A stretch of 64,000 nt of DNA from an uncultured Bacteroidales bacterium. Lineage in GTDB: Bacteria; Bacteroidota; Bacteroidia; Bacteroidales; DTU049. The translations under genes were made by a program, and so were the position numbers. The stretch spans positions 17,065-81,064 of the forward strand of contig CAZKDV010000001.1 of assembly GCA_964551645.1 (NCBI GenBank). The letters are read 5' to 3'. Below are positions 48,276 to 57,145 of the stretch, one piece after another (position 1 is the first letter of the stretch; the number at the start of each line of letters is the position of its first letter). The notes under the pieces are model-generated. The model did not search any database, was not told where the DNA came from, and saw only the letters and a program-made list of their open reading frames with translations.

Positions 48276-48637
48276 GCAACTACAACACTATTTATTGCAG
48301 CTACAACATCTCCCATTCCAAATGGTTGATAAATAAATGAAGTAATTCCTGCTTGATATGCTTTCTTTTGAAATTGCTCCATTTTAATATCAGTAACCAT
48401 AATAACTGGAACAAAAATATTCATTTCTGTTCTGATTAATTCAGCGATTTCGAGAGAAGCACGCCCAGAAATCATATCGTGAAGAATAATAATATCATAC
48501 TGTTCTTGCTCTAGTACGCTTTTAAAATCGGCAGCATTATCTTTCCAATTTACTTCAGCATTTGTATATTCATTTTGGATAATTGACTTCATCAATTTTC
48601 CAATAATAATTTCTTCAATTAAAAGTAATACTTTCAT
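48272..48637 (-). CDS. Stand-alone receiver (REC) domain protein, atypical
   Basis: A 121-aa CheY-like pattern: LLLIEE where DD is expected, IIILHDMISG (phospho-acceptor Asp), VIMVTD (Thr), and IYQPF where the conserved KPF Lys is Gln. No output domain. Confidence 0.7.
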   Translation of the reverse strand: MKVLLLIEEIIIGKLMKSIIQNEYTNAEVNWKDNAADFKSVLEQEQYDIIILHDMISGRASLEIAELIRTEMNIFVPVIMVTDIKMEQFQKKAYQAGITSFIYQPFGMGDVVAAINSVVVA

Positions 48638-48652
48638 TTATAACAAACTTTA

Positions 48653-49858
48653 TTATTTTTCTTTTACAAAATCAGCATAATATGTATCTATGATACGCCT
48701 AAGCATTGGACGATAGTAATTCCAAAAGAAACTATCTCTTTCAACAGTATTTTTCAAATAGAAAAAACTGCTTACCCATTGCACTCCTCTAAATTTTGAA
48801 GTATTCATAGTTACTGGATTGTCGCAGAAATCGCCGGCAAAGTAATAAAAAAGATAATCATTTGGTTTATCATATTCTAAAACAGCAGGAAACTTAGTTG
48901 GGATTCCCCAAGTTCTCATGAGTTTTACTCCTTCTGAATTGCAATCAATAATATACTCAGAAGTAACTTGATTTTTTCCGTGATAATCAATGATATCAAA
49001 CCAAAATGGATATTTCATTGTTGCAGGAATATTATATTTATTCATATATGCGACATGAGTATGTATAATTGGAACATCTATATTTAAATGAGTATTATTT
49101 TCAAGAATTTCAACTTTATCGTCCCATCTAACAAATGCAATTCCCGATTTTGTAAAAGGCCAAATACTATCATGCTGTTCAAGATAATTTCTTTTTAGCC
49201 ATTGAGGTATTTCTTTATTTTTATTTGTATCTAATGTTTCAAAATATCTTCCTATCCATCCCGACCACCTCATGTCGAATTCGTCTTCAAATCCTTTTCG
49301 AATATTTCTCGGCGTCGGCGAACCAATGATATTAAATTCTGTAAGTATCAACTTCTTGCGCTCTTTCATCTTTTTAAGAAGTTCCAACTCAACCCATGTC
49401 AAACCTCCATATATTTTTCTTGAACGCTCAAGAGCACTTATTTTTTCTTTATCTTCCAACAAACTCGGGTTAGCAGATTTATTTTCTTCGAGCCATTCAA
49501 TAGTATAAATACCATACAAGTCTGTATAATATAACATATCATTAGCATCAGCTAATGAATCTAATTGATAGTCTTGAAAACCATTAAAATCATGTATATC
49601 ATAATCAAATTTTTCTTTTGGAAAAAATCCGTAATAATCTTCATGACGATTGTAAAAAGTGCGATCTTTTTTTACATATTTTCTATTAGTCAACAACCAA
49701 TTTAATGAAATATGTTCTTGTGTTTTGCTATTTAATACTGTCTTGTCTAAAATTAAAACATTCATTTCTTTTTTAGGTGTAACAAACCAAGCAATAAACA
49801 ACCATAATGGAAGCAAAAACAATAGTGCGAGAACAATTAATAAAATATATCTTCTCAT
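48653..49858 (-). CDS. Hypothetical N-terminally anchored membrane protein (401 aa), unknown family
   Basis: A long ORF in an AT-rich genome with an ATG start. The MRR + TM anchor (ILLIVLALLFLLPLWLFIAWFV) precedes a Trp/Tyr-rich ~370-aa domain. It has its own -7 box and ends 15 nt before the REC gene. No motif recognised. Confidence 0.6.
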   Translation of the reverse strand: MRRYILLIVLALLFLLPLWLFIAWFVTPKKEMNVLILDKTVLNSKTQEHISLNWLLTNRKYVKKDRTFYNRHEDYYGFFPKEKFDYDIHDFNGFQDYQLDSLADANDMLYYTDLYGIYTIEWLEENKSANPSLLEDKEKISALERSRKIYGGLTWVELELLKKMKERKKLILTEFNIIGSPTPRNIRKGFEDEFDMRWSGWIGRYFETLDTNKNKEIPQWLKRNYLEQHDSIWPFTKSGIAFVRWDDKVEILENNTHLNIDVPIIHTHVAYMNKYNIPATMKYPFWFDIIDYHGKNQVTSEYIIDCNSEGVKLMRTWGIPTKFPAVLEYDKPNDYLFYYFAGDFCDNPVTMNTSKFRGVQWVSSFFYLKNTVERDSFFWNYYRPMLRRIIDTYYADFVKEK

Positions 49859-49877
49859 GGAATTAAAATAAGTTATA

Positions 49878-49885
49878 CAAAGTTA
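49878..49885 (-). promoter_or_regulatory. -7 promoter box TAACTTTG for the 401-aa/REC pair
   Basis: The plus-strand caaagtta is the reverse complement of TAnnTTTG, 20 nt upstream of the ATG at 49858. Confidence 0.4.
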
Positions 49886-49933
49886 TTTAATTTTTATCGT
49901 ATTCAGTAAATCGATTTTTTAAGAGCTGAAATT

Positions 49934-52465
49934 TTAATAAATTATTGAAATTGTGCCCCTATACTTTTTAGCATGCGAACCAAAGTTAGCCTTAATAAAA
50001 TAAACATAAACTCCTTGTGGAACTTTTTGATTTATGTTATCCCCATATTGATATGTGCCGTCCCATTTTGCATTATTGATATTTTCTGCAAAAAACACAA
50101 TATTTCCCCACTTATCGTAAACATACATTTCAAAATCATCAGCTTGTATATTTGTTGCTAAAGGCATAAAATAGTCATTAATGCCGTCTCCATCAGGAGT
50201 AAAAGCATTTGGGATATACAAAGCAACTAATGGTTTGATTTGTATTGTTTTACATATAGTATCTAAACATCCCCACTGATTGCTAACTATTTGACAAACT
50301 GAAAACTCACCAGGTGATGTAAATGCATGGCTAGGGTTTTGCTCTATTGAGTGATTATCCTTAATATCATTAAAATCCCAATTCCATGAAACTGCTCCTA
50401 ATGATTGGTCAGAGAACAAAATTGTGGACTCTTCTTCGCTTGCAATACTAGACGATGGCTTAAAATTAGCTTTAGGTTTTGGAAAAACTGTTATATAATC
50501 AGTTAAAACAAGTATATTATCACAGCCTAAACTAGTAACAGTTAGAGATACTGGGTAAGAACCTGAATTTACATAAGTGTATGTGGGAGTTGTAGCACTT
50601 GAAGTAGCTCCATCTCCAAAATCCCATTTATATGAACCAGAATCACTTTGGTTAGAAAAAGTAATCTGTAATGGCATACACCCCGTTGTTGATTCTGTAA
50701 AAAAACTAACATTAGGAATTGGAACAATATCAACTTCAAAAGTATCAATAGCAAAACAAGCATTTGCATCTATAACTTGGATAGTTTGTACTCCTCCACT
50801 TAAGTTAGATGCTGTTTCTGTTTTTTCTCCACTTTCCCACGAGTAAGAATAGCTGGCTGTGCCACCTGTAACAATAGCCATAGCACTTCCATCTGATTTT
50901 CCTTCACAAACAGATGTTATATTACTTGCAACAACATTTAACACATCAGGTTCAACTAGTACACCCGTAAGAACTTGTTGGCACATATCTGCAGAAGTAA
51001 CCGTAACGGTATATGCTCCATCAGCCAAATTATCAAGACTTGAGTCGGTAGAATTATCAAACCATACATATTGAAAAGGAGCTTCGCCTTCCTTAATATT
51101 TACACTTATACTTCCATTGCTATCTCCATTACAGAGTGGATGTTTAATGCTTAACTCAGCTGACAGCACTCCAAAGTTTGGCACATTTATAGACTGCTTT
51201 AATGGACATTCGCCATTCGGACCAGTTACTGTTACATTATAAGTACCTTCTTTTAAATTGTAAGCATTGGGAGTATTGTCAGTAGTATGTTCCCAAGTAT
51301 AAACATGGGGCTGAACTCCACCTGTGGTTTGAAGTTCGATAGAACCTATTCCTTGTTGGCATGTATCACTCTTAACGGTGTAAACAATATCTATATCGCT
51401 CACATCGTCTATAGTAGCACTTCCAGCTGTAGAGGCAGGTGGACTTTGGCTATCTGTGATAGTTACAGAATATATTCCGGCAAATAAGCCTGTTACTATA
51501 TGCGGATTATCAGATGTTGTAAAACTGTTGAAATATCCACTACTTCCAGTAATTTCATAATGGTACGGAGAAGGTGAAGATATTGCAATAGGAACTTCTA
51601 ACGATAATTTACCTTTTCCTACAGAGCATGTGTCTTGAAATGGAGTTACAACAAGATTCGCACACGAAATACAATTCCCATCATTACATCTGTCCACTCT
51701 GTTAGGTCCAATACTTGGAGCTACATTTGGCTGAAAATCTCCCCCATCGGGAATGCGGCTAAATGTTTTTCCCATTTCAATGCTATTCCCTTGTCCTAAA
51801 TAAATTATCGGATCTTTATCATAATACATTCCTGTAGCCGATTTTAAGTTAGTACCCAAATATGCAATAGGAATACATGGGCTTAAACCAAAGTCATTAC
51901 CTACAGAAGAAACATTATCTTCATAATTTGACCAATAAACAGCAGCATGCGTTGAACCATCCGGATTGTATATAGCAATCCAACCTTGTCCATTTGGCAA
52001 AAACCAAGTTTCTGAATAATTTTGACCATCTTCACAAATACACAAGTAGTCCGAAGGTAGATAATCCCTTAACTTAATATCAATTGAATTACTCAAATAT
52101 GCGTCAGCACAAGCATTGCAAGTTTCATCTGCACCACCGATTGTCAAAAAACCTCCTGCCGGAACAACTGTTCCCGGAGGAAAACAAAAAGAACCACCAA
52201 CACAATCACTCCCTCCGTCAATATCTCCGGTTTTACTAGCTATTAGCCAGCCACTTATGTCAATATCTTTAGTACAATCAGGATTATACAACTCAATATA
52301 TTCTCTGCCCAAATTAGGATTATCAATATCAAGCATACTTTGACACGGATCTTGCGTAGATGATGGTCCTGGGTTGAACATCACCTCATTTATAATTATT
52401 TGTTGAGCAGAAATACTGCTTACTAAAAGAAAAGTAAAAATAAATAAAAAATAATTATATTTCAT
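49934..52465 (-). CDS. Lamin-tail-domain / SprB-repeat / PKD surface protein, T9SS cargo with type B CTD
   Basis: Signal peptide MKYNYFLFIFTFLLVSSISAQ from the ATG at 52465. LTD (IIINEVMFNP...EYIELYNP...GWLI), about four SprB-type repeats (C.G..(D/N)GSI...Y.Y.W...G.Y.VTV.D...C) and two PKD domains (WDFGDG, WNWDF). The C-terminus is IPNAFTPDGDGINDYF...DKWGNIVF...WDG....GVYVYF. Confidence 0.85.
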   Translation of the reverse strand: MKYNYFLFIFTFLLVSSISAQQIIINEVMFNPGPSSTQDPCQSMLDIDNPNLGREYIELYNPDCTKDIDISGWLIASKTGDIDGGSDCVGGSFCFPPGTVVPAGGFLTIGGADETCNACADAYLSNSIDIKLRDYLPSDYLCICEDGQNYSETWFLPNGQGWIAIYNPDGSTHAAVYWSNYEDNVSSVGNDFGLSPCIPIAYLGTNLKSATGMYYDKDPIIYLGQGNSIEMGKTFSRIPDGGDFQPNVAPSIGPNRVDRCNDGNCISCANLVVTPFQDTCSVGKGKLSLEVPIAISSPSPYHYEITGSSGYFNSFTTSDNPHIVTGLFAGIYSVTITDSQSPPASTAGSATIDDVSDIDIVYTVKSDTCQQGIGSIELQTTGGVQPHVYTWEHTTDNTPNAYNLKEGTYNVTVTGPNGECPLKQSINVPNFGVLSAELSIKHPLCNGDSNGSISVNIKEGEAPFQYVWFDNSTDSSLDNLADGAYTVTVTSADMCQQVLTGVLVEPDVLNVVASNITSVCEGKSDGSAMAIVTGGTASYSYSWESGEKTETASNLSGGVQTIQVIDANACFAIDTFEVDIVPIPNVSFFTESTTGCMPLQITFSNQSDSGSYKWDFGDGATSSATTPTYTYVNSGSYPVSLTVTSLGCDNILVLTDYITVFPKPKANFKPSSSIASEEESTILFSDQSLGAVSWNWDFNDIKDNHSIEQNPSHAFTSPGEFSVCQIVSNQWGCLDTICKTIQIKPLVALYIPNAFTPDGDGINDYFMPLATNIQADDFEMYVYDKWGNIVFFAENINNAKWDGTYQYGDNINQKVPQGVYVYFIKANFGSHAKKYRGTISIIY
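49937..50221 (-). other. Type B T9SS C-terminal domain (gliding-motility-associated CTD, about 95 aa)
   Basis: LYIPNAFTPDGDGINDYFMP...YVYDKWGNIVF...KWDGTY...VPQGVYVYFIKA... Confidence 0.8.
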
Positions 52466-52513
52466 TCGATTGATATTAAAAAACAACCTTTATATTAACT
52501 AAATTATTTGATG

Positions 52514-52521
52514 CAAAATTA
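52514..52521 (-). promoter_or_regulatory. -7 promoter box TAATTTTG for the 850-aa cargo gene
   Basis: The plus-strand caaaatta is the reverse complement of TAnnTTTG, 49 nt upstream of the ATG at 52465. Confidence 0.4.
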
Positions 52522-52583
52522 ACATATTAGTTTAAGAAGAATAAAGTTTTTTGATATATAAATCATACTCATAAATTATACTG

Positions 52584-55500
52584 TTATCTTATTATTGTCA
52601 GAGACGACTTATGCTCCTTGTCATAATAGTAAAACACATAGTAATAAGTTCCATCTGGCAAGTTGCCGCCATCCCAATCATTCTGATAATTGGTTTGTTC
52701 AAAAACTTTATTTCCCCAACGATTAAAGACAACTAATTTAGTGTTTGGAATTTTTTCGGCATTTGTTATTTCAAGTTTATCATTTATACCATCTCCATTC
52801 GGAGTTATTACATTGGGAAATTTATTATCAATAATTTTAATTTCTTTAATAATTGTATCTGCACAACCATAATTGTTTGACAATATCAGAGTTACAGTAT
52901 ATGATGCATCATCGCTTGGATATTTATGAATTGTTGAATTTGGTTCATTGTTATTTTCGCCGTCTCCAAAATCCCAATTCCAATATTGTGCATCAGAAGT
53001 AGATGTAAATGTTATTTCTGGATTATCGGCTGTGCCATAATCAGGAGAAAAAGTAAAATCTGCTATTGGTTGCGGATATGCTTCAATATAATTTGTTATT
53101 TTAAGAGTATCCTTACAACCATAAGTATTTGTAACTAATAGCGTTACTGTATATTTACCTTCAGGATATGTATTTGAAGGATTTTGTTGTGTTGATGTGC
53201 TAGCGTCTCCAAAATCCCAATTCCATTCAATTATTGAATTGTCTTGTGAAACATCTACAAACTCAACATAAAGAGGTTCGCAGCCATTTGTAACATTTGA
53301 CGAAAAATCAACTTCCGGTTTAGGATTTACAACAACATATACAGAATCAATACCTTTGCAATTTGATTTATCTGTTACAGTAACTATATATGAAGTTGAT
53401 GATGATGGAGAAACACTTATTTGTTCTGTTTGCTGATTAGAGTTCCACATAAAATTTGGATTTTCTGCTGTTGTGGATACGCTAAGCAAAATTGATTCTC
53501 CCATACACAATTCTGGATTTTTGGGTTGAACTTGAACTGTAAATGCTTCATGCACAACAATTTCAATATTAGCTGTTGAACTACAAAAATTTTCGTCGGT
53601 TCCTGTTACGCTATATATTGTTGTTTCGGAAGGACTTATATTATGAGAATCTCCTGCCCCTAAATTATTATCCCAAACATAAACAGTGCCACCAGATGCT
53701 ACTATTGTTGTTTGCTCTCCTACACAAATTGAATTTGGGTCTGCACTTGCCACAATTTCAGGTAGTGGTGCTACTGTTATCGTAATTGAAGCTGTATTTT
53801 GACAATCATTGCTTGCTGTTGCTGTTACATTGTAAGTAGTTGTTGTTGTCGGGGATATAATATGAGTAGCACTTGCCGGCAAGTCATTATCCCATGCATA
53901 ATTTACGCCACCTTGTGCGGTGATAGTTGTTGACTCTCCCATGCAAATTATATTTTTTTCTGCCGAAATAACAATATCGGGAGCCGGATAAACAGTAAGT
54001 TCTGTAGATGAAGTAGCAATACAACCACCTTCATCTGTAACTGTAACTGTATATGTACCAGACATTGCTGTTGTAACATTGCTTATAGTATTATTAGAAG
54101 AAGTACTTGAAAAGTTATTTGGACCATTCCATTTATATTTATGGTTTTCCAGATTAGTTGCTTCAAATGTAAATGTTTCACCTTGACACATAGCAGCATC
54201 AGCAGAAGTAGAAATGTCAAAAGTTACATTTTTCACTTCAACACATGCAGTAAGTGTATTGTTTTCTGTATCAGTAACGGTAACACAATAAGTACCTTCG
54301 CACAAACCAACAGCCGTTTGTGTAGTTTGAGCCATTCCATCATTCCATTTATATGTATAGGGAGCTTCACCACCTGAAACAATTGCAGATGCAGTACCCG
54401 TACAAGTAATTTCTGGTTCGGGGTCGCAAACAGAATTGCAAAAACCGATTGTTTGGTTTTCTCCATAAGAAGACCAAGCTCCACCATCAGGAATTCTCAT
54501 ATAACTCAATCCTGTTGCCGGAGTGCTATAAGTAATAATTGTTTTTCTTTCTGAGGGAATATTATCATAAGGCAACAAGCTTCCGGCATAGCCACAAGAG
54601 CCTATAGCACCCGGATTACACGGATAACATGACATACATGAATTTGATTGACTTCCCCATGAAATAGCGTCTTGAGGCACTCCATTTCTATCATAAAAAG
54701 CAAACCAACCACCTGCATTTGGAAACCACAATCTTGAACCACCACCTAAACATACTCTAGACGGATCATCTACAACAATCTCAACAGTTTTTCCTCCATT
54801 TTGCACCAAATATTGGGAATTAACGGCAGGTGCATTAACTCCTCTTATCACACAAAAACCTTGAGGAGGAATAATAGTGCCTTCTGGAATTACATATCCT
54901 CCGGGAAAATCTTTTTGCGAAAAAATTCCATCTTGATCTTTCGCATTATTTCCAAGAAAATAACATGAAATATCAATTGATTGACATCTGTCCGGGTTAT
55001 ACAATTCTATCCACTCCCCGCCACGACTATCCGGACTTTTACTATAAATAGAACCATCACCCGTATTGGGTGATAGCATAACTTCATTAATCAAAATTGA
55101 AGGTCCATCATAATTGCAACCAAAACCATCACATTTTGTATTTTCGGTAGAACTCATTGATAATGAAAAATTTGATGTAGGTGTATAAAACATTCGCACT
55201 TCATCAACAGAAAAAGCAGGATCGTCTCCACCACTCACATTATTGTCAAACATGAAAGCAAATCGTAAATCTGCTTGATTATCAAATTCTGGATTAACGA
55301 ATGTTGCAAAAGTCCAATTTGATACATTTGTATAATTTGCACCCAAATCTTTCCACGAAGTTCCGCCATCTATGCTATACCAAACTGAGCCTTTTGCTCC
55401 ATTACAAAGCCACCAAAAAGAAAGTGTTACATCGCTAATGCCAGAAGTATTTATCCCTGCATTCATTTTGGTAAAATTTGCACCTGCTTCACCACCAACA

Positions 55501-55862
55501 ATAGATGAAGAAAACCCATCAACAAAATTTGCATTACCAACTCCATCTGCCAAAGCAGCACCGCAAACAATGTGTAAATATTGACTCTGAGGGCTATTTG
55601 TTATCTGTGCAGGCTGATTGGGGGTACTGGGAATTGTTACGGGGAAAAAAACGCCTAAGTTATATGTGCCACCAGCATAGGTATTGTTAATTATCCATTG
55701 ATTTGCACCATTACTGCCAACACTACCCATGTCAGAAGTATTTAACGACCAATTTGCACTCCCGCTTTCAAAATTATCATAAAACAATTCAACCTCCGGA
55801 AGTTGAGAAAAAACAAACTGACCTGCCAAAATTAAAATAAATAAAAGATAAAGTTTTTTCAT
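52584..55862 (-). CDS. Lamin-tail-domain / Ig-like-repeat / PKD surface protein, T9SS cargo with type B CTD
   Basis: Signal peptide MKKLYLLFILILAGQFVFSQ from the ATG at 55862; the ATG at 55886 sits only 3 nt from the -7 box. It has an N-terminal lectin/MAM-like region and an LTD (ILINEVMLSP...EWIELYNPD). These are followed by one SprB-type repeat and four Ig-like repeats (C.GE...I.A.GG..Y.W...). It ends with two PKD domains (WNWDFGD) and the C-terminus FPNVITPNGDGINDKL...FNRWGNKVF...WDG...DGTYYYV. Confidence 0.85.
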   Translation of the reverse strand: MKKLYLLFILILAGQFVFSQLPEVELFYDNFESGSANWSLNTSDMGSVGSNGANQWIINNTYAGGTYNLGVFFPVTIPSTPNQPAQITNSPQSQYLHIVCGAALADGVGNANFVDGFSSSIVGGEAGANFTKMNAGINTSGISDVTLSFWWLCNGAKGSVWYSIDGGTSWKDLGANYTNVSNWTFATFVNPEFDNQADLRFAFMFDNNVSGGDDPAFSVDEVRMFYTPTSNFSLSMSSTENTKCDGFGCNYDGPSILINEVMLSPNTGDGSIYSKSPDSRGGEWIELYNPDRCQSIDISCYFLGNNAKDQDGIFSQKDFPGGYVIPEGTIIPPQGFCVIRGVNAPAVNSQYLVQNGGKTVEIVVDDPSRVCLGGGSRLWFPNAGGWFAFYDRNGVPQDAISWGSQSNSCMSCYPCNPGAIGSCGYAGSLLPYDNIPSERKTIITYSTPATGLSYMRIPDGGAWSSYGENQTIGFCNSVCDPEPEITCTGTASAIVSGGEAPYTYKWNDGMAQTTQTAVGLCEGTYCVTVTDTENNTLTACVEVKNVTFDISTSADAAMCQGETFTFEATNLENHKYKWNGPNNFSSTSSNNTISNVTTAMSGTYTVTVTDEGGCIATSSTELTVYPAPDIVISAEKNIICMGESTTITAQGGVNYAWDNDLPASATHIISPTTTTTYNVTATASNDCQNTASITITVAPLPEIVASADPNSICVGEQTTIVASGGTVYVWDNNLGAGDSHNISPSETTIYSVTGTDENFCSSTANIEIVVHEAFTVQVQPKNPELCMGESILLSVSTTAENPNFMWNSNQQTEQISVSPSSSTSYIVTVTDKSNCKGIDSVYVVVNPKPEVDFSSNVTNGCEPLYVEFVDVSQDNSIIEWNWDFGDASTSTQQNPSNTYPEGKYTVTLLVTNTYGCKDTLKITNYIEAYPQPIADFTFSPDYGTADNPEITFTSTSDAQYWNWDFGDGENNNEPNSTIHKYPSDDASYTVTLILSNNYGCADTIIKEIKIIDNKFPNVITPNGDGINDKLEITNAEKIPNTKLVVFNRWGNKVFEQTNYQNDWDGGNLPDGTYYYVFYYYDKEHKSSLTIIR
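52587..52823 (-). other. Type B T9SS C-terminal domain (about 79 aa)
   Basis: KFPNVITPNGDGINDKLEI...VVFNRWGNKVFE...DWDGGNLPDGTYYYVFYY... Confidence 0.8.
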
Positions 55863-55888
55863 AAGATGTGTTTTCAATATATACATTA

Positions 55889-55896
55889 CAAAGATA
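55889..55896 (-). promoter_or_regulatory. -7 promoter box TATCTTTG for the 1100-aa cargo gene
   Basis: The plus-strand caaagata is the reverse complement of TAnnTTTG. It lies 27 nt upstream of the ATG at 55862 and only 3 nt from the ATG at 55886. Confidence 0.4.
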
Positions 55897-55931
55897 TTAA
55901 TTTTTTTATATTTATGCTCAAAAACTTTTTC

Positions 55932-56477
55932 TTATGTATTTTTAAGCCTATCAAAAAATATACTTTTTGACGATACGCTCAAAGGAATTCCAAATGCAAT
56001 TTTAACTTCTTTGGGAATAAATCTACCTTTTATTGCTGCATATCCAGCTGAAAAAAATACTCTGTTATCAACATTATTTTGGCTGGCAATGCTTACAGCT
56101 GAACCAATAGCAATCCCCAAATCAACATTGTTAAAAGTGCATGGAATGTCGGGATTTTCTAATTTTTCATCACAATTATTAAAACCGCAATAACTGCATG
56201 CTTTCAGTCCTAAGGGAGATATTTTTGTTCCTATCAAAACTAAGGCTTGGGCGTTTTCAAGATTCACTGCATCTCTCGCAAAAAAACTCACTTGTTTTTC
56301 TTCAGCAATTTTTTTCATTAAATCTGCAATTTTTTGTTTTTCTTCTTGTGTAATAATTGCCATGTATAAACTGTCTAAACCTCTTGCTTTTGGAGCTGTT
56401 CGAGCAGATGTCAACATTTGTTCAGCTACTCTTAAAACTACTTTTTCTCTGATTGATTCTTCTGTTATTATTGCCAT
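55932..56477 (-). CDS. DUF2148-like ferredoxin-domain protein
   Basis: The N-terminus ...VAEQMLTSARTAPKARGLD and the Cys cluster CSYCGFNNC...C resemble the DUF2148 family. It starts 11 nt after the MORN gene. Confidence 0.55.
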   Translation of the reverse strand: MAIITEESIREKVVLRVAEQMLTSARTAPKARGLDSLYMAIITQEEKQKIADLMKKIAEEKQVSFFARDAVNLENAQALVLIGTKISPLGLKACSYCGFNNCDEKLENPDIPCTFNNVDLGIAIGSAVSIASQNNVDNRVFFSAGYAAIKGRFIPKEVKIAFGIPLSVSSKSIFFDRLKNT

Positions 56478-56488
56478 ATTAAATATTT

Positions 56489-57139
56489 TTAATTATATTC
56501 CTCAATACATTGAATTTCGTTGCCGTATTCATAACACTTTACTTCCTTAATATTGGAGTTTTTTTCAAACCATATTTCTTTTCCATGCTTTTGATTGTCA
56601 ACAAAATATGTTTTCACTAAAGTATCTCGCGTATTATAGTAAAAAGATATATGTTGACCTGTACCATTTGTATATTCGCCAAAACCTGAAAAAATTCCAT
56701 TAAAATCATAATATTTCCACTCTCCGTCAAACATATCCTTAACAAAGCCACCTTCAATCTTCAATTGTCCATTTTCGTGTAGTTCTTTGTATTTTCCGTT
56801 TTTCAGACCTTTTTCATAACTCATTGAAATTTTTAAATTTCCATTTTCGTAGTAAGACAAAAACTCACCATTCAGAGTATCCATAATATAATGCTCCATT
56901 CCTTCAATATGACCATCATAATACCATCGCTTCATTTCTCCGTTTAATTTCCCATAGTAATATGTTGTTTCAAGTTGTTTATTCCCATTTGCGTGATAAT
57001 ATACTGCTTTTCCGTGCATAAGATTGTTCTTAAATTCAACTTCTGACCTCACATTGCCATTTGGATAATATTGGGTAACTTGCTTTTTACAAGAAAAGCT
57101 CAAACACGCAAAAACACAAATAATTAGAACTCTATACAT
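56489..57139 (-). CDS. MORN-repeat-variant (YwqK-like) lipoprotein
   Basis: Lipoprotein-type signal VFACLSFSCKK. It carries repeated YYxNGxxxxExxYxxGxxxGxxxxWYxxG units (for example YYPNGNVRSEVEFKNNLMHGKAVYYHANGN). Confidence 0.75.
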   Translation of the reverse strand: MYRVLIICVFACLSFSCKKQVTQYYPNGNVRSEVEFKNNLMHGKAVYYHANGNKQLETTYYYGKLNGEMKRWYYDGHIEGMEHYIMDTLNGEFLSYYENGNLKISMSYEKGLKNGKYKELHENGQLKIEGGFVKDMFDGEWKYYDFNGIFSGFGEYTNGTGQHISFYYNTRDTLVKTYFVDNQKHGKEIWFEKNSNIKEVKCYEYGNEIQCIEEYN

Positions 57140-57145
57140 TGTTAT

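Noticed and set aside
49859-55931. Invertible promoter or diversity-generating retroelement control of the two adhesin-like cargo genes.
   Set aside because: No inverted repeats flank the promoter regions. No recombinase or reverse transcriptase gene is present, and I saw no template/variable repeat pair.
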